Of a stretch of DNA of 64,000 bases, positions 55,453 to 64,000 are shown one piece after another. Source of the DNA: Arenicellales bacterium (GTDB lineage: Bacteria > Pseudomonadota > Gammaproteobacteria > Arenicellales > JAJDZL01). The stretch lies in NCBI GenBank assembly GCA_965202615.1, contig OZ241837.1, forward strand, positions 136,347-200,346, given 5' to 3'. Numbering within the stretch: the stretch's first letter is position 1; every line of letters begins with the position of its first letter. The translations under genes and the position numbers were made by a program. The notes under the pieces were generated by a model, which worked only from the letters and a program-made list of their open reading frames with translations, did not search any database and was not told where the DNA came from.

Positions 55453-56706
55453 TTATGGCGTGAAATGCTCAGCTGTATCCGGATTGGCTATCAAGTCGCA
55501 ATTTTCATCTTCAAAACTTGGTGCCACTGCTTCAAACTTCTGAATAACATCGAATCCGTGCGTGCGATTTCCGCGCACAATGTAGATATTCTGTTTCAGA
55601 TGATGTGAACCAGGCTGCATGGTTACCATTCCATTGGGTCCTTCGAACGACAATCCGCTTTCAAGAGCTGCAATAACAGCATCACTGTCCGTGGTTCCTG
55701 CTATTTCGACAGCCGCGGCCCATATATGAACAGCATTCCAGACATCAGCAGCTTCAGAAATAATGGGTTCGTCAAGACCATAGGCTGCTTCCCAGATTTT
55801 CATGAATTCTTCGTTACCCGGTTCGTCAATCCACATGAAGTACTCTTGCGATGCAATGATTCCTTCGCCTGCATCAGGGGAGACCACAACTTGTTGATTT
55901 CCAGAGCCATAATTGGTCGACACAATTCCGATATTTTCCTTAAGACCGGCAGCAGCAAATTGCTCCAGGAATCCTGTCTGATTAGCTCCAACTGGAAGGG
56001 CTACGACAAAATCAGGCTTAGCGGCTTGAATCTTTTGAATTGTCGGAGAATAGTCGGTAACGGTTAACGGCAGAAAATCGGACCCCACCACTTCACCACC
56101 GTATTCATTGGCGTAGTGTGAAACCCAGTGCGCAGAAATCGTGCCAAAATTGTAATCGGGCGCCATTACGTAAATTTTTGACCCATATTCTTTTATGCCC
56201 CATTCAATCAGGACGCTCATTTGCTGAGAAGCGGACGCACCTGTGATGAATGTTTGTTTATCGCAGGCTCCCCCTTCATACAGTGCACTATAAAAATATG
56301 GAACGTTATTTTTGCGAACGATTGGTCGCATCGCTTCACGCGATGAACTCGTTAAACCAGCAAAAAGAACATCGATTTGGTCTCTTAGAATAAGCGTGTT
56401 TGTGTACTGGGTGAATTTCGCCAGTTCGGACTGTGCGTCATACTCTATGACTTCAATTTGTTGACCCAGCACTCCTCCATTGGCATTTATTGAATTCACC
56501 GCTAAATGAAGAGCGTTACTTTGCTGAATCCCGTAAATGTTGAGACCACCTGTAAGATCAAATATCGATCCTACCTTTACTTCATCGTCGGCTTGGACTC
56601 CACCGATAAAAAGAATTGAAGCCAGAAAAGCGAGTCCGAAGTAACGCGAGAATCGACGTTTTCGAGTCATGGAATTGTTTAAATTCCTGTTGATTGTAAC
56701 CAACAT
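55453..56706 (-). CDS. periplasmic substrate-binding protein (Leu/Ile/Val / amide-urea binding family)
   Basis: The start is trimmed to ATG 56706, which lies 5 nt after AAGGAGG. The product has a signal-like N-terminus ...RYFGLAFLASILFIGGVQA and a type I PBP fold pattern. Confidence 0.8.
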   Translation of the reverse strand: MLVTINRNLNNSMTRKRRFSRYFGLAFLASILFIGGVQADDEVKVGSIFDLTGGLNIYGIQQSNALHLAVNSINANGGVLGQQIEVIEYDAQSELAKFTQYTNTLILRDQIDVLFAGLTSSSREAMRPIVRKNNVPYFYSALYEGGACDKQTFITGASASQQMSVLIEWGIKEYGSKIYVMAPDYNFGTISAHWVSHYANEYGGEVVGSDFLPLTVTDYSPTIQKIQAAKPDFVVALPVGANQTGFLEQFAAAGLKENIGIVSTNYGSGNQQVVVSPDAGEGIIASQEYFMWIDEPGNEEFMKIWEAAYGLDEPIISEAADVWNAVHIWAAAVEIAGTTDSDAVIAALESGLSFEGPNGMVTMQPGSHHLKQNIYIVRGNRTHGFDVIQKFEAVAPSFEDENCDLIANPDTAEHFTP

Positions 56707-56833
56707 AATTGCCTCCTTTTGGAAACTAACTTTAGATTTCCAAAAATTTATACCTGCATCAAAGTGACATGAGAATTCGGTGCAATACACAAAATTCCGC
56801 TTGCGTCTCGTCCGAAAGTAGTTTGGGGAGGTG

Positions 56834-56892
56834 AAAACAAAAAAGCAACCACACACCCTCTCAAAACTTCAGTTTGATAAGACGTTGGCTGC
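56834..56892 (-). terminator. leader rho-independent terminator (long imperfect hairpin plus U-tract)
   Basis: The minus strand reads GCAGCCAACGUCUUAUCAAAC-UGAA-GUUUUGAGAGGGUGUGUGGUUGC followed by UUUUUUGUUUU. The outer pairing is GCAGCCA/UGGUUGC. Confidence 0.5.
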
Positions 56893-56926
56893 TTTGCCAC
56901 TTATGTTAATGATAGCCTAGTTGCTA
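56886..56926 (-). promoter_or_regulatory. candidate ANTAR (AmiR) target: two small hexaloop hairpins, the second overlapping the terminator 5' arm
   Basis: P1 is UAGC-AACUAG-GCUA (56926-56913). P2 is UGGC-AAAGCA-GCCA (56899-56886), and its loop has A at position 1 and G at position 4. The P2 3' arm is part of the terminator stem. Confidence 0.45.
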
Positions 56927-56954
56927 CCAGAAGCCTTCATCGGCATCACTAACA

Positions 56955-56983
56955 ATTCTATCTCCAAAAAGACGCTTAGTCAA
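56955..56983 (-). promoter_or_regulatory. putative sigma70 promoter of the ABC-amidase-amiCR operon (TTGACT-17 nt-TAGAAT)
   Basis: On the minus strand the -35 element is at 56983-56978 and the -10 element at 56960-56955. This predicts a leader of about 240 nt. Confidence 0.55.
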
Positions 56984-57570
56984 AATTTTGTCCTGGTTGA
57001 CCAAATCAGGGAGGGCTGTTGTGTGATCAAGCAGAGCGTTTCGTTCTGCAGGGGTTAGACAAAATGATTGCGGTGGAATCCTTTAGTGTTCAATTATCGA
57101 AAAAATTGAAACGTCCCGATTCCAACAAGAGACTAAGCCTATCGTACTCAATGCTGAGCGGGAGAATTTGCAGCATGCACACGCCAAATCCGCTGCAATT
57201 GAACTGTCATCACACGTGTTTATATTCATCGGAATCTTGCTTCACTTTTCTCACAGAATACAGCGCATTCGCATTTGGAAACGTATACAAAACCGCTTTT
57301 TCGCATATCAATTTGTGCAATACATATACAAAGCTCAACAATCGTATCTGTTTTGTAAATAACACTGCCCACTAGCCAACGCAGCCCGGAAACCTCAAAG
57401 CAGCATTGCATATGATTCTCGATGCCGTGCCAGCGAGACCCGTACACGCTACTATTTCAACGCCGTCTGCACACGAAATCTTGAGTGTCATGGTCGTGCA
57501 TCAGCCGACCATATAATTGACGAGAGTTGTCCCACGTTCTTATCGAAAACAATTCCTATTGCGTTGCAGC

Positions 57571-57951
57571 ATGAATCAACTTGCTTCTTCCACTGGCTCT
57601 GTAAGAGATGCGATTTATCGCTACAACAAAGAACTAAAACAATGTCGTGACCTAGTCAAACGTATGCCTTTCGTGCGCTCGTGGTATGCTATTCAAGGAG
57701 ACGACGGAAACTGGAAATTCGGGCCATCGAAGTGGGTAGGATATAAAGGATTAAACGCTGAGACATATTTGAATCAGTCGAATAAAACACTCGACGGGCG
57801 CAAAACTGAAGCCCACTTGAGCATATGGTTCCAAGAAGTCAGTCCGACAAGTGAACTGTATGTGAATCTAACAGCGTTTCTCGCAAATTACGACAAGTCC
57901 CCGAACAAACTTGTACGCATTAACGTGTGCAAGGATGTTCGCGGAGATTGA
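57571..57951 (+). CDS. hypothetical protein
   Basis: This is an ORF of 126 aa from ATG 57571 (144 aa from TTG 57517). The WYAIQGDDGNWKFGPSKWVGYKG...LDGRKTEAHLSIWF pattern is vaguely like N-terminal domains of some restriction/HNH-associated proteins. It is flanked by AT-rich non-coding DNA. Confidence 0.5.
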   Translation: MNQLASSTGSVRDAIYRYNKELKQCRDLVKRMPFVRSWYAIQGDDGNWKFGPSKWVGYKGLNAETYLNQSNKTLDGRKTEAHLSIWFQEVSPTSELYVNLTAFLANYDKSPNKLVRINVCKDVRGD

Positions 57952-58099
57952 ATCGAGGCCGAAAGATCCTTCGTTTGTGTCGATGGATTTCGAATTGGTG
58001 TCAAGTCATTTGGGACTCAGATTTTCTGTCACATAAATTTTTCAAATCGCACAATACAGAATTGACTACCTAACGATCTGCAACAGGGATCTCGCGCAA

Positions 58100-59644
58100 T
58101 TACTTGCGTGCGCCCTGAACAAGACGATCAAGAATCATGGCACAGAACAGGATGGAAAATCCTGCCAATATCCCCTGCCCCACATTGGCGTATTGCAGTG
58201 CTTCCAAAACATCTTCACCCAAACCCTTGGCGCCGATCAGCGATGCGACGACTACCATAGCCAGGGACAACATTATCGTTTGGTTGATGCCAGCGCGGAT
58301 TGAAGGGGCGGCCAACGGAAGATCGACTCGCGTAAACAGGTAAAATTTTCCGGCGCCGAACGATATTGCAGCTTCGCGGACGCTCTCAGGAACGCCGCGC
58401 AATCCCAACACCGTGAGACGTACAACGGGAGTTCCACCAAAAATCATTGTAGTGACTACGGCGGCTGGTTTGCCCGTTCCGAAAAACGCAATCACGGGGA
58501 TCATGAAAACGAATGCAGGCATGGTTTGCATGAAATCCATGATCGGCTGAATAAAAGCGTAGAACCTGGGCCTGCGGGCGCAGAACATGCCTAGTGGAAT
58601 GCCAATCGCGATGGAAAGACATGCGGCGGTTCCGAGAAGCGCCAACGTAGTCATGGCCTTGTCCCAAAAGCCCAAGAGCCCCATATAGGCCAGAAAAGCG
58701 CCGGACCATACCGCAGTGCGAACACCTGCCGTAAGCCATGTCAACAAGACAATGAAGCTGGCAATTACGATCCACGGTGTACTGACGAAGACGAGTTCCA
58801 GGGCATCAAGGATCAGGCGTATGCCATAAGTAATGAAATCAAACAATGCCTCACCCTGTGTTACGCAGAAGGTGAAGAAGGCCTCCACCCCCACGATGCT
58901 GGTCAGACGAATATCCGGATCAGTGGGAAAATCAGCCAAGGCTTCGAACTGTCCAGGGAAGCTGTAGTGGTACATCGCTGTACCAACAATCACGGCCATA
59001 AACAGTGTGCTCAAAATCAATTGCCGGTGCGAGAGGCCAGAACGGATAGAAGGGTCGGACAGCCATTCCGAAAACTTCGCCTCCAGTGTCGAATTGGCAA
59101 TTACGGATTGTACGGCTTTAACCGCGAGCAAAATGATCACCCCAGTTAAGGCGATCCAAATACCCTGATCCGCAATGTCCTGTGCCTCCAGCCTTATTCC
59201 ATCAATCGATTCTTCTAACGAAGCAACCGTACGTTTATAGACATCGACTTTGTCGGACTGAGTCTCAATCGCTGAAGCCAGCTGCTGGCGACGCAATTCA
59301 AGGGTCCCCTCGATTGACTCGATTCGGGCTCGGGCATCAGCCGCCAAGTCGCCAATCAGTCCGCGTGCAATCTGCACATAGCCCAGTGTCTCGATGATCA
59401 AAAAAGGCAAGGCCCACATCCACAGCCCTCGAGCGCCAAACCAGATGGGTCCGAGGACGCCGGCAGACGCATTGAAGGTTGGTGTGAAGCGAGCGCTACC
59501 GCCGATCTTGTCAAACTGTCTGATGTAGTAGTCTGGATTGGTTTGTACGAAAGTACGAATGTTTTCCAGTCGCTCCTCAGCATATTTTTCTGCAACTTTG
59601 AAATCGAGAGCATCTTCAAGTTGGTTTTGTACTTTTTCTGTCAT
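58100..59644 (-). CDS. proW: glycine betaine/proline ABC transporter permease with a long N-terminal extension
   Basis: In the 514-aa product the C-terminal ~280 aa form a ProW/OpuAB-type permease (EAA-like loop REAAISFGAG). The N-terminal ~230 aa contain a DUF2628-like segment and a coiled coil. Confidence 0.85.
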   Translation of the reverse strand: MTEKVQNQLEDALDFKVAEKYAEERLENIRTFVQTNPDYYIRQFDKIGGSARFTPTFNASAGVLGPIWFGARGLWMWALPFLIIETLGYVQIARGLIGDLAADARARIESIEGTLELRRQQLASAIETQSDKVDVYKRTVASLEESIDGIRLEAQDIADQGIWIALTGVIILLAVKAVQSVIANSTLEAKFSEWLSDPSIRSGLSHRQLILSTLFMAVIVGTAMYHYSFPGQFEALADFPTDPDIRLTSIVGVEAFFTFCVTQGEALFDFITYGIRLILDALELVFVSTPWIVIASFIVLLTWLTAGVRTAVWSGAFLAYMGLLGFWDKAMTTLALLGTAACLSIAIGIPLGMFCARRPRFYAFIQPIMDFMQTMPAFVFMIPVIAFFGTGKPAAVVTTMIFGGTPVVRLTVLGLRGVPESVREAAISFGAGKFYLFTRVDLPLAAPSIRAGINQTIMLSLAMVVVASLIGAKGLGEDVLEALQYANVGQGILAGFSILFCAMILDRLVQGARK

Positions 59645-60720
59645 GACACATCGGCTCCTTCGATCACGGTACGTAATATGTCTTTTCTGGTAATGACACC
59701 GACATCAGTATCCCCGCTCTGCACCAGGATTGCTGAATCGCTGTCGATAGCCATTTCAATGAGTTTGCTGAGCATCTCGTCTTCATCGACTCGTTGCGTA
59801 TCTGGTGGCAGGGGGGCGTTGTTGGCCAGATACTCTTCCAGCGGTTGCATGACGACGTGGGCACGCACAATCTTCAGTCGGGAGATGCCTGCCACGAAAT
59901 CGGCCACGTAGTCGTCAGCGGGATTCATCACGATATCTTCGGCGGTGCCGATCTGAACCACCTTTCCATCATGCATAATCGCGATGCGATTCCCGATACG
60001 TACGGCTTCGTCCAGATCATGGGTGATGAACACAGTTGTCTTTTGCATCATGTTTGACAGCCGGATAAATTCATCCTGCAACTGTCGTCTGATCAAGGGA
60101 TCAAGTGCGCTGAAGGGTTCGTCCATCAACAGAACATCGGGATTGGCGGCCAATGCCCGCGCAAGGCCGACACGTTGCTGCATCCCTCCGGACAACTCGT
60201 GGGCAAACTTGCTGCCCCATGCCCCCAGTTCGACAATGTCGAGGATCGCCGCAGCATGACGCATTCGATCGTTCTTGCTGACTTGTCGAATTTCCAAGGG
60301 CATCGCCACATTGTCGAGAACCGACCGGTGCGGCAACAGTGCAAAATTCTGGAAGACCATCCCAATTCTGCGATTTCGAAACTGCTGCAGGTCCGCGGGT
60401 TTAAGGGCCATCACATCGGTTCCGTCAATCTCGATCTTTCCCGCGGTCGGTTCCAGCAATCGGTTGAAATGGCGCACAAGGGTTGACTTGCCGCTGCCCG
60501 ACAACCCCATAACACAGAATATCTCGCCCCGATTGACGCTTAGGGTGACATCGGCGACCCCGACCACAGCGTTGTATTGTGCAAGCGCTTCCGCCTTCGT
60601 CAGCCCTTTCTCCTGAACGGCTCGCATCGCTTCGACCGCGTTCGTTCCAAAGACTTTCCAGACGTTCGAAATCTTGATGACAACTTCTTCCGTCATATCT
60701 GGTGAATCGACTGGCACCAT
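59641..60720 (-). CDS. proV: glycine betaine/proline ABC transporter ATPase with tandem CBS domains
   Basis: The product has Walker A GLSGSGKST, the signature LSGGMQQRVGLARA and Walker B LLMDEPFSALD, plus a C-terminal CBS region. The alternative start MTEEVVIK is possible. Confidence 0.9.
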   Translation of the reverse strand: MVPVDSPDMTEEVVIKISNVWKVFGTNAVEAMRAVQEKGLTKAEALAQYNAVVGVADVTLSVNRGEIFCVMGLSGSGKSTLVRHFNRLLEPTAGKIEIDGTDVMALKPADLQQFRNRRIGMVFQNFALLPHRSVLDNVAMPLEIRQVSKNDRMRHAAAILDIVELGAWGSKFAHELSGGMQQRVGLARALAANPDVLLMDEPFSALDPLIRRQLQDEFIRLSNMMQKTTVFITHDLDEAVRIGNRIAIMHDGKVVQIGTAEDIVMNPADDYVADFVAGISRLKIVRAHVVMQPLEEYLANNAPLPPDTQRVDEDEMLSKLIEMAIDSDSAILVQSGDTDVGVITRKDILRTVIEGADVS

Positions 60721-60820
60721 GCTAAACCCACAACAGGAAGTTAAAATTGTTCTTCGTTGAAATCACACCTGGAGGACTCAATCTCCAGGTGTGATTCAAT
60801 TTGTTCCTGGCTGTAACGAA

Positions 60821-61786
60821 CTAGAGTCCGAGCCAGGCATCAACGCGATCGGTGTTGTTAGTTACCCATTCCCTGGCAACTTCTTCCGCTTCACGTCCTT
60901 TCCCGGAGATTTCATAGGCAAAGCCACTGACGTCATCCGCGGTCAGTGCAAATCGTTCGAAAAACTCGGCAATTGCAGGTGATCGCTCCGCCAGAGAATT
61001 GGACCAGGCAATCTGAACGTTTTTCAGTGCATCCTTGGAGGCGACCATCGACTGTTCATACCAATCCGGGGAATCAGATGGTTGCAGCATGACGTATTTT
61101 TCCGGATCGTAGGGCGGCTCACTTAACATTTTTACATCAAACATGAACCAGATCGCGTGTGGTTTGTAGCAGTAGAAGGCATAACCCTCACCCTTGGCGA
61201 TCGAGTCCTTGACGCGTGCGGTCTTTACACTTTCCTCGGCGCGGATCGGCTCGACAAAGTCCAATAGACCATAGTCCCGAACCTTGACCTCATTTACATT
61301 GGCTGAGGCCCAGCCCGGGGCACCGATCCACATCTCGCCCCGCCCGTTGCCATCACTGTCCATCAGCGCTGCAACTTCGGGACGTCCCAGATCTGCGATA
61401 TCCGTAATGGAGTTTGCCTCTCCGAAATCCTTGGATACGCAAAAGCCCTGGTTGCCCTCGTAGGGGTTGCTCGACAAAGTAACCGTGCCTGCGCCATCCA
61501 CGTATTTCTTGGTAAAACTCTCTTGGTTCGGCAACCAAACGTCCGGGTGCACATCAATGTCGCCCTTACCCTGATCCATTGCCTGGAAGATCGTCGCGTT
61601 GTTGCCTGGCACCAGTTCAGCTTCCCCACCGATACGCATCTCGACGACAGCCGCCAGCAGGTTGGCAATTGCCTGGGCACCGGTCCATGACGGCACACCG
61701 ATTTTTACTGACTCAGCGGCAAATGCCGGAGCAGTGCACATGGTGACCGCAACAGCCAATGCCATAGCTTTGTATTTCGTTCTCAT
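60821..61786 (-). CDS. proX: glycine betaine ABC transporter substrate-binding protein
   Basis: The start is trimmed to ATG 61786, preceded by AAGGAGAAAGTA. The signal peptide is MRTKYKAMALAVAVTMCTAPAFA. Confidence 0.85.
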   Translation of the reverse strand: MRTKYKAMALAVAVTMCTAPAFAAESVKIGVPSWTGAQAIANLLAAVVEMRIGGEAELVPGNNATIFQAMDQGKGDIDVHPDVWLPNQESFTKKYVDGAGTVTLSSNPYEGNQGFCVSKDFGEANSITDIADLGRPEVAALMDSDGNGRGEMWIGAPGWASANVNEVKVRDYGLLDFVEPIRAEESVKTARVKDSIAKGEGYAFYCYKPHAIWFMFDVKMLSEPPYDPEKYVMLQPSDSPDWYEQSMVASKDALKNVQIAWSNSLAERSPAIAEFFERFALTADDVSGFAYEISGKGREAEEVAREWVTNNTDRVDAWLGL

Positions 61787-62130
61787 TACTTTCTCCTTAA
61801 GTTGGTTAGTACCGGATTTCTCCGGTGTTTGGTGATATTGAGACAAGTCTCTGTCTATCGGAATTGGAAATATATATTAGAAAGATTCATATTGTTGTCG
61901 AAAATAGGAGCCGGCATAGGCCGGTGGGGTGATGAGGGAAAGAATTCGAACTCTTGCCAAATACCTTTTTGGCGCGGTTATCTCCGTTCGGTGAGACAGT
62001 CGCTCAGTTTGAATATGCGGGAAGGTATGTCAAATGAAACCGAGCTGAAACGCAGTCAGGTGCTGAAGTTTTATCCAGCTGTCACTAGCGAAGCTCGAAT
62101 GCCGTAGACACGAACTCTGAACATCGTCGA

Positions 62131-62715
62131 TCAGCGTTCATGCGGGGATGCCTGTTTCTTTCTGATGGCCTCGATCGTTTTGTAGTACGCTTCGCTGGTT
62201 GATTCGTTGTTTTTCATTGCCTTGGACGCTGCAGATTGCCTCAGTCGATCACAATTTTTACAAACGCTGGATAATCCGCATGAACGACTACCGTCCGAAT
62301 GATATTCATAGTCTCGCTTTAGTTGATAGCACACGCGGCATCGATAATTACCCGGTCGTCGATCCGGATAATAACGTTGAGCGTATCGGCGATTCTTTCG
62401 GCCTCTGGCGTTTTTCGGCGGTGATGGATTCGACTCATCGATTTGGAATCTTTCTTCGCGGATTCCAAAGCGATTGAGCGGTTTTTCGAGTTTCGAGATT
62501 TCGGAACGCTCGGCTTCGTCTGCCACTCGTTTCGATTGATGTCTGCTGAGCACCTGGACATCATGTCTGTCGCCGCGGTTCAGTCGAGCAAAAAGCTGGC
62601 TGTTGCAAGCAGTGGACCAGTTGGAGTGAGCTTTAATTCGAATTGGGATCAGTCGACTGGTCTGTCCAACATACGCTGCACCATCATCAAATACGATTTT
62701 ATAAATTTGAATCAT
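62131..62715 (-). CDS. GIY-YIG endonuclease-like protein with a C-terminal Cys4 zinc-ribbon-like region
   Basis: The 194-aa product has IYKIVFDDGAAYVGQTSRLIPIRIKAH (GIY..YVG..R) and a conserved Glu (AERSEISKLE). Its C-terminus has CRVCYQ...CKNCDR. Confidence 0.65.
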   Translation of the reverse strand: MIQIYKIVFDDGAAYVGQTSRLIPIRIKAHSNWSTACNSQLFARLNRGDRHDVQVLSRHQSKRVADEAERSEISKLEKPLNRFGIREERFQIDESNPSPPKNARGRKNRRYAQRYYPDRRPGNYRCRVCYQLKRDYEYHSDGSRSCGLSSVCKNCDRLRQSAASKAMKNNESTSEAYYKTIEAIRKKQASPHER

Positions 62716-63126
62716 GGTGTGTTCCGTCCTTAGTTCTCTCTCTTCATCATGCCGATATAACCAGTGCTGTTTTGTCCCACAATTTTGTTCACCTACCGGA
62801 GGTGATTTGGCTGAGGTAAATAACGTTTGAACGGCGAGATACCACTGTTGAAATACTTCTTACAATTCCTTTTTCACGTCTTTTTTTGTCCCTGTATTTT
62901 TTTCTTCTTTGTTTTTCATGCACTTGTCCAACTTCTTCCGTACACTTGCGCCATCTTCCTTTTTCACTGTTACTTTTGTTCTCAAAAAAGGTAATTGCAT
63001 TCAACTGTTTGGATGCTCCTGAACCAACTCTCTATAGAGCGCTACCGACCCGCATGCGGTCAAAAATTCGGGGCGCTTTCGTACCCCGTTTCACTCATAA
63101 GGAACTTGCTTTGCGAAAACCAGAAG

Positions 63127-63225
63127 TTGACTTGCAAATTCGCTCTGGTTGCATTGTCACTTTCATTGATCGCATGTTCCAATATTCATGCCGGCTCCAC
63201 CACCAAGGCTTTTGCCGATGCCTAA
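63127..63225 (+). CDS. possible 32-aa lipoprotein (very tentative)
   Basis: With a TTG start the product reads MTCKFALVALSLSLIAC|SNIHAGSTTKAFADA, with a lipobox LIAC. The RBS is weak and there is no homology support. Confidence 0.2.
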   Translation: MTCKFALVALSLSLIACSNIHAGSTTKAFADA

Positions 63226-63443
63226 TATCCAAGGCTTATGGTCGTCCCCTATGCTGACCAGCGATCGAATTTATTTTGACCAAAAATGTACGTTGCTTGG
63301 TTTTTTTATTTACTGTTATTATTTTAAATAATAATAGGTCAATTGAAAAGGAATCGGAAACGATTCTAATTTGAACCGTCGCGATTTTTATGTGAAAGAA
63401 TTAATCCCTCTCTCAGAGGGCGGCTTATTTGAACCGCTGAACT

Positions 63444-64000
63444 TCACTTTGAAGTTTCAGCAAACTCCGGCTCAGATTCAACTTTTGACTTGCTCGGCTG
63501 CTCTTCTTTCGGCAGGTCTTTGTGAACAGTATGCAGTGGCCACAGATCACCGAGGTCGAAACTGATCGCCTCATAGTGCGGCAACGAAACTTTTGTATCA
63601 TTGAGCAGCCTGTCTGTCAAAACCCACTCAGAGCCGCGTAACGGAAATGCTTCCAGCGATCGGGCATCCGGGTCTACTAACCGAGGACAGTTAACTCCTT
63701 CGCGGGCGTAGACCGCACGCTTACCACCAAGATCAAGTGTTCGGGTCGAAGGAGAAAGGACCTCACGCACCCAATCCGGAGCCAATGTGAAGTTCGCTCC
63801 AGCAAGCAATTTAGACATTCGCTCGCGTCGCCATCCTGCAATGTCAGGTACCAAAATGTCCTCGCCGAGATGGAGTTCAGGCTCGTCGAGAATCCACCAG
63901 CCGCCGGGACCACCGCGACCTTAGCGAAATGTTTCACTAAGGAACCCTCCAAGCCCAGTTCTGGAGTTTGTCTGAAGAGTTCCTGGTCTTCGGTTGGTGT
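63444..64000 (-). pseudogene. Uma2-family (DUF820) endonuclease gene with an in-frame TAA; 5' end runs off the window
   Basis: One frame reads ...GLGGFLSETFR*GRGGPGGWWILDEPELHLGEDILVPDIAGWRRERM...PDWVREVLSPST...VDPDARSLEAF, with the stop at 63923-63921. The track ORF at 63444..63854 is only the distal part. Confidence 0.65.

Noticed and set aside
56707-56856. A 49-codon N-terminal extension of the substrate-binding protein ORF
   Set aside because: The extension runs through the predicted leader, terminator and hairpin region. ATG 56706 has an ideal SD and is followed by a signal peptide.

Overview
This is a gene-dense 64-kb chromosomal segment that looks proteobacterial, probably from a marine gammaproteobacterium. 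That guess is by eye only, from Pseudomonas-like AmiC/AmiR, an argU-like tRNA, TctABC and PuuD. The backbone consists of metabolic, transport and housekeeping operons. These are urate/purine catabolism (xdhB-xdhA-uraH-puuD, translationally coupled), tctCBA, a MatB-like CoA ligase plus SDR, pdxJ, htpG, and a tRNA-Pro/Arg/His cluster. They continue with an MttB-family methyltransferase, metA, dut-coaBC, rpmBG, an AmiC/AmiR-controlled amidase with a Liv/Urt-type ABC importer, and proXVW. Several visibly AT-richer accessory islets interrupt this backbone. (1) At 3.7-5.3 kb sits a lone DUF4143 AAA ATPase. (2) At 17.8-21.4 kb an AbiEi/AbiEii cassette is enclosed by ~0.6-kb inverted repeats that each carry a promoter and a perfect 47-49-bp palindrome, next to a tyrosine-integrase pseudogene killed by four in-frame stops. 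(3) At 29.9-34.3 kb there is a GIY-YIG gene and an IS66-family element with a perfect 8-bp TSD that carries a Dam-like methyltransferase instead of tnpA/tnpB. In the same islet a tRNA-Arg(UCU) gene is split by a ~224-nt group I intron. (4) At 41.3-48.4 kb lies a TA/defence island: phd plus a decayed vapC, brnTA, a second unrelated AbiE pair, and a 1043-aa PLD-DExH helicase-DUF3427 fusion. (5) At 62.1-64 kb there is a GIY-YIG/zinc-ribbon endonuclease-like gene and a nonsense-mutated Uma2 gene. The best candidates for undescribed biology are the PLD-helicase-DUF3427 protein in its island, the inverted-repeat AbiE cassette with co-varying palindromic operators, the methyltransferase-carrying IS66 element, and the intron-containing tRNA-Arg(UCU). 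No CRISPR array or rRNA was seen. All similarity statements rest on motif recognition by eye; no database search was possible.
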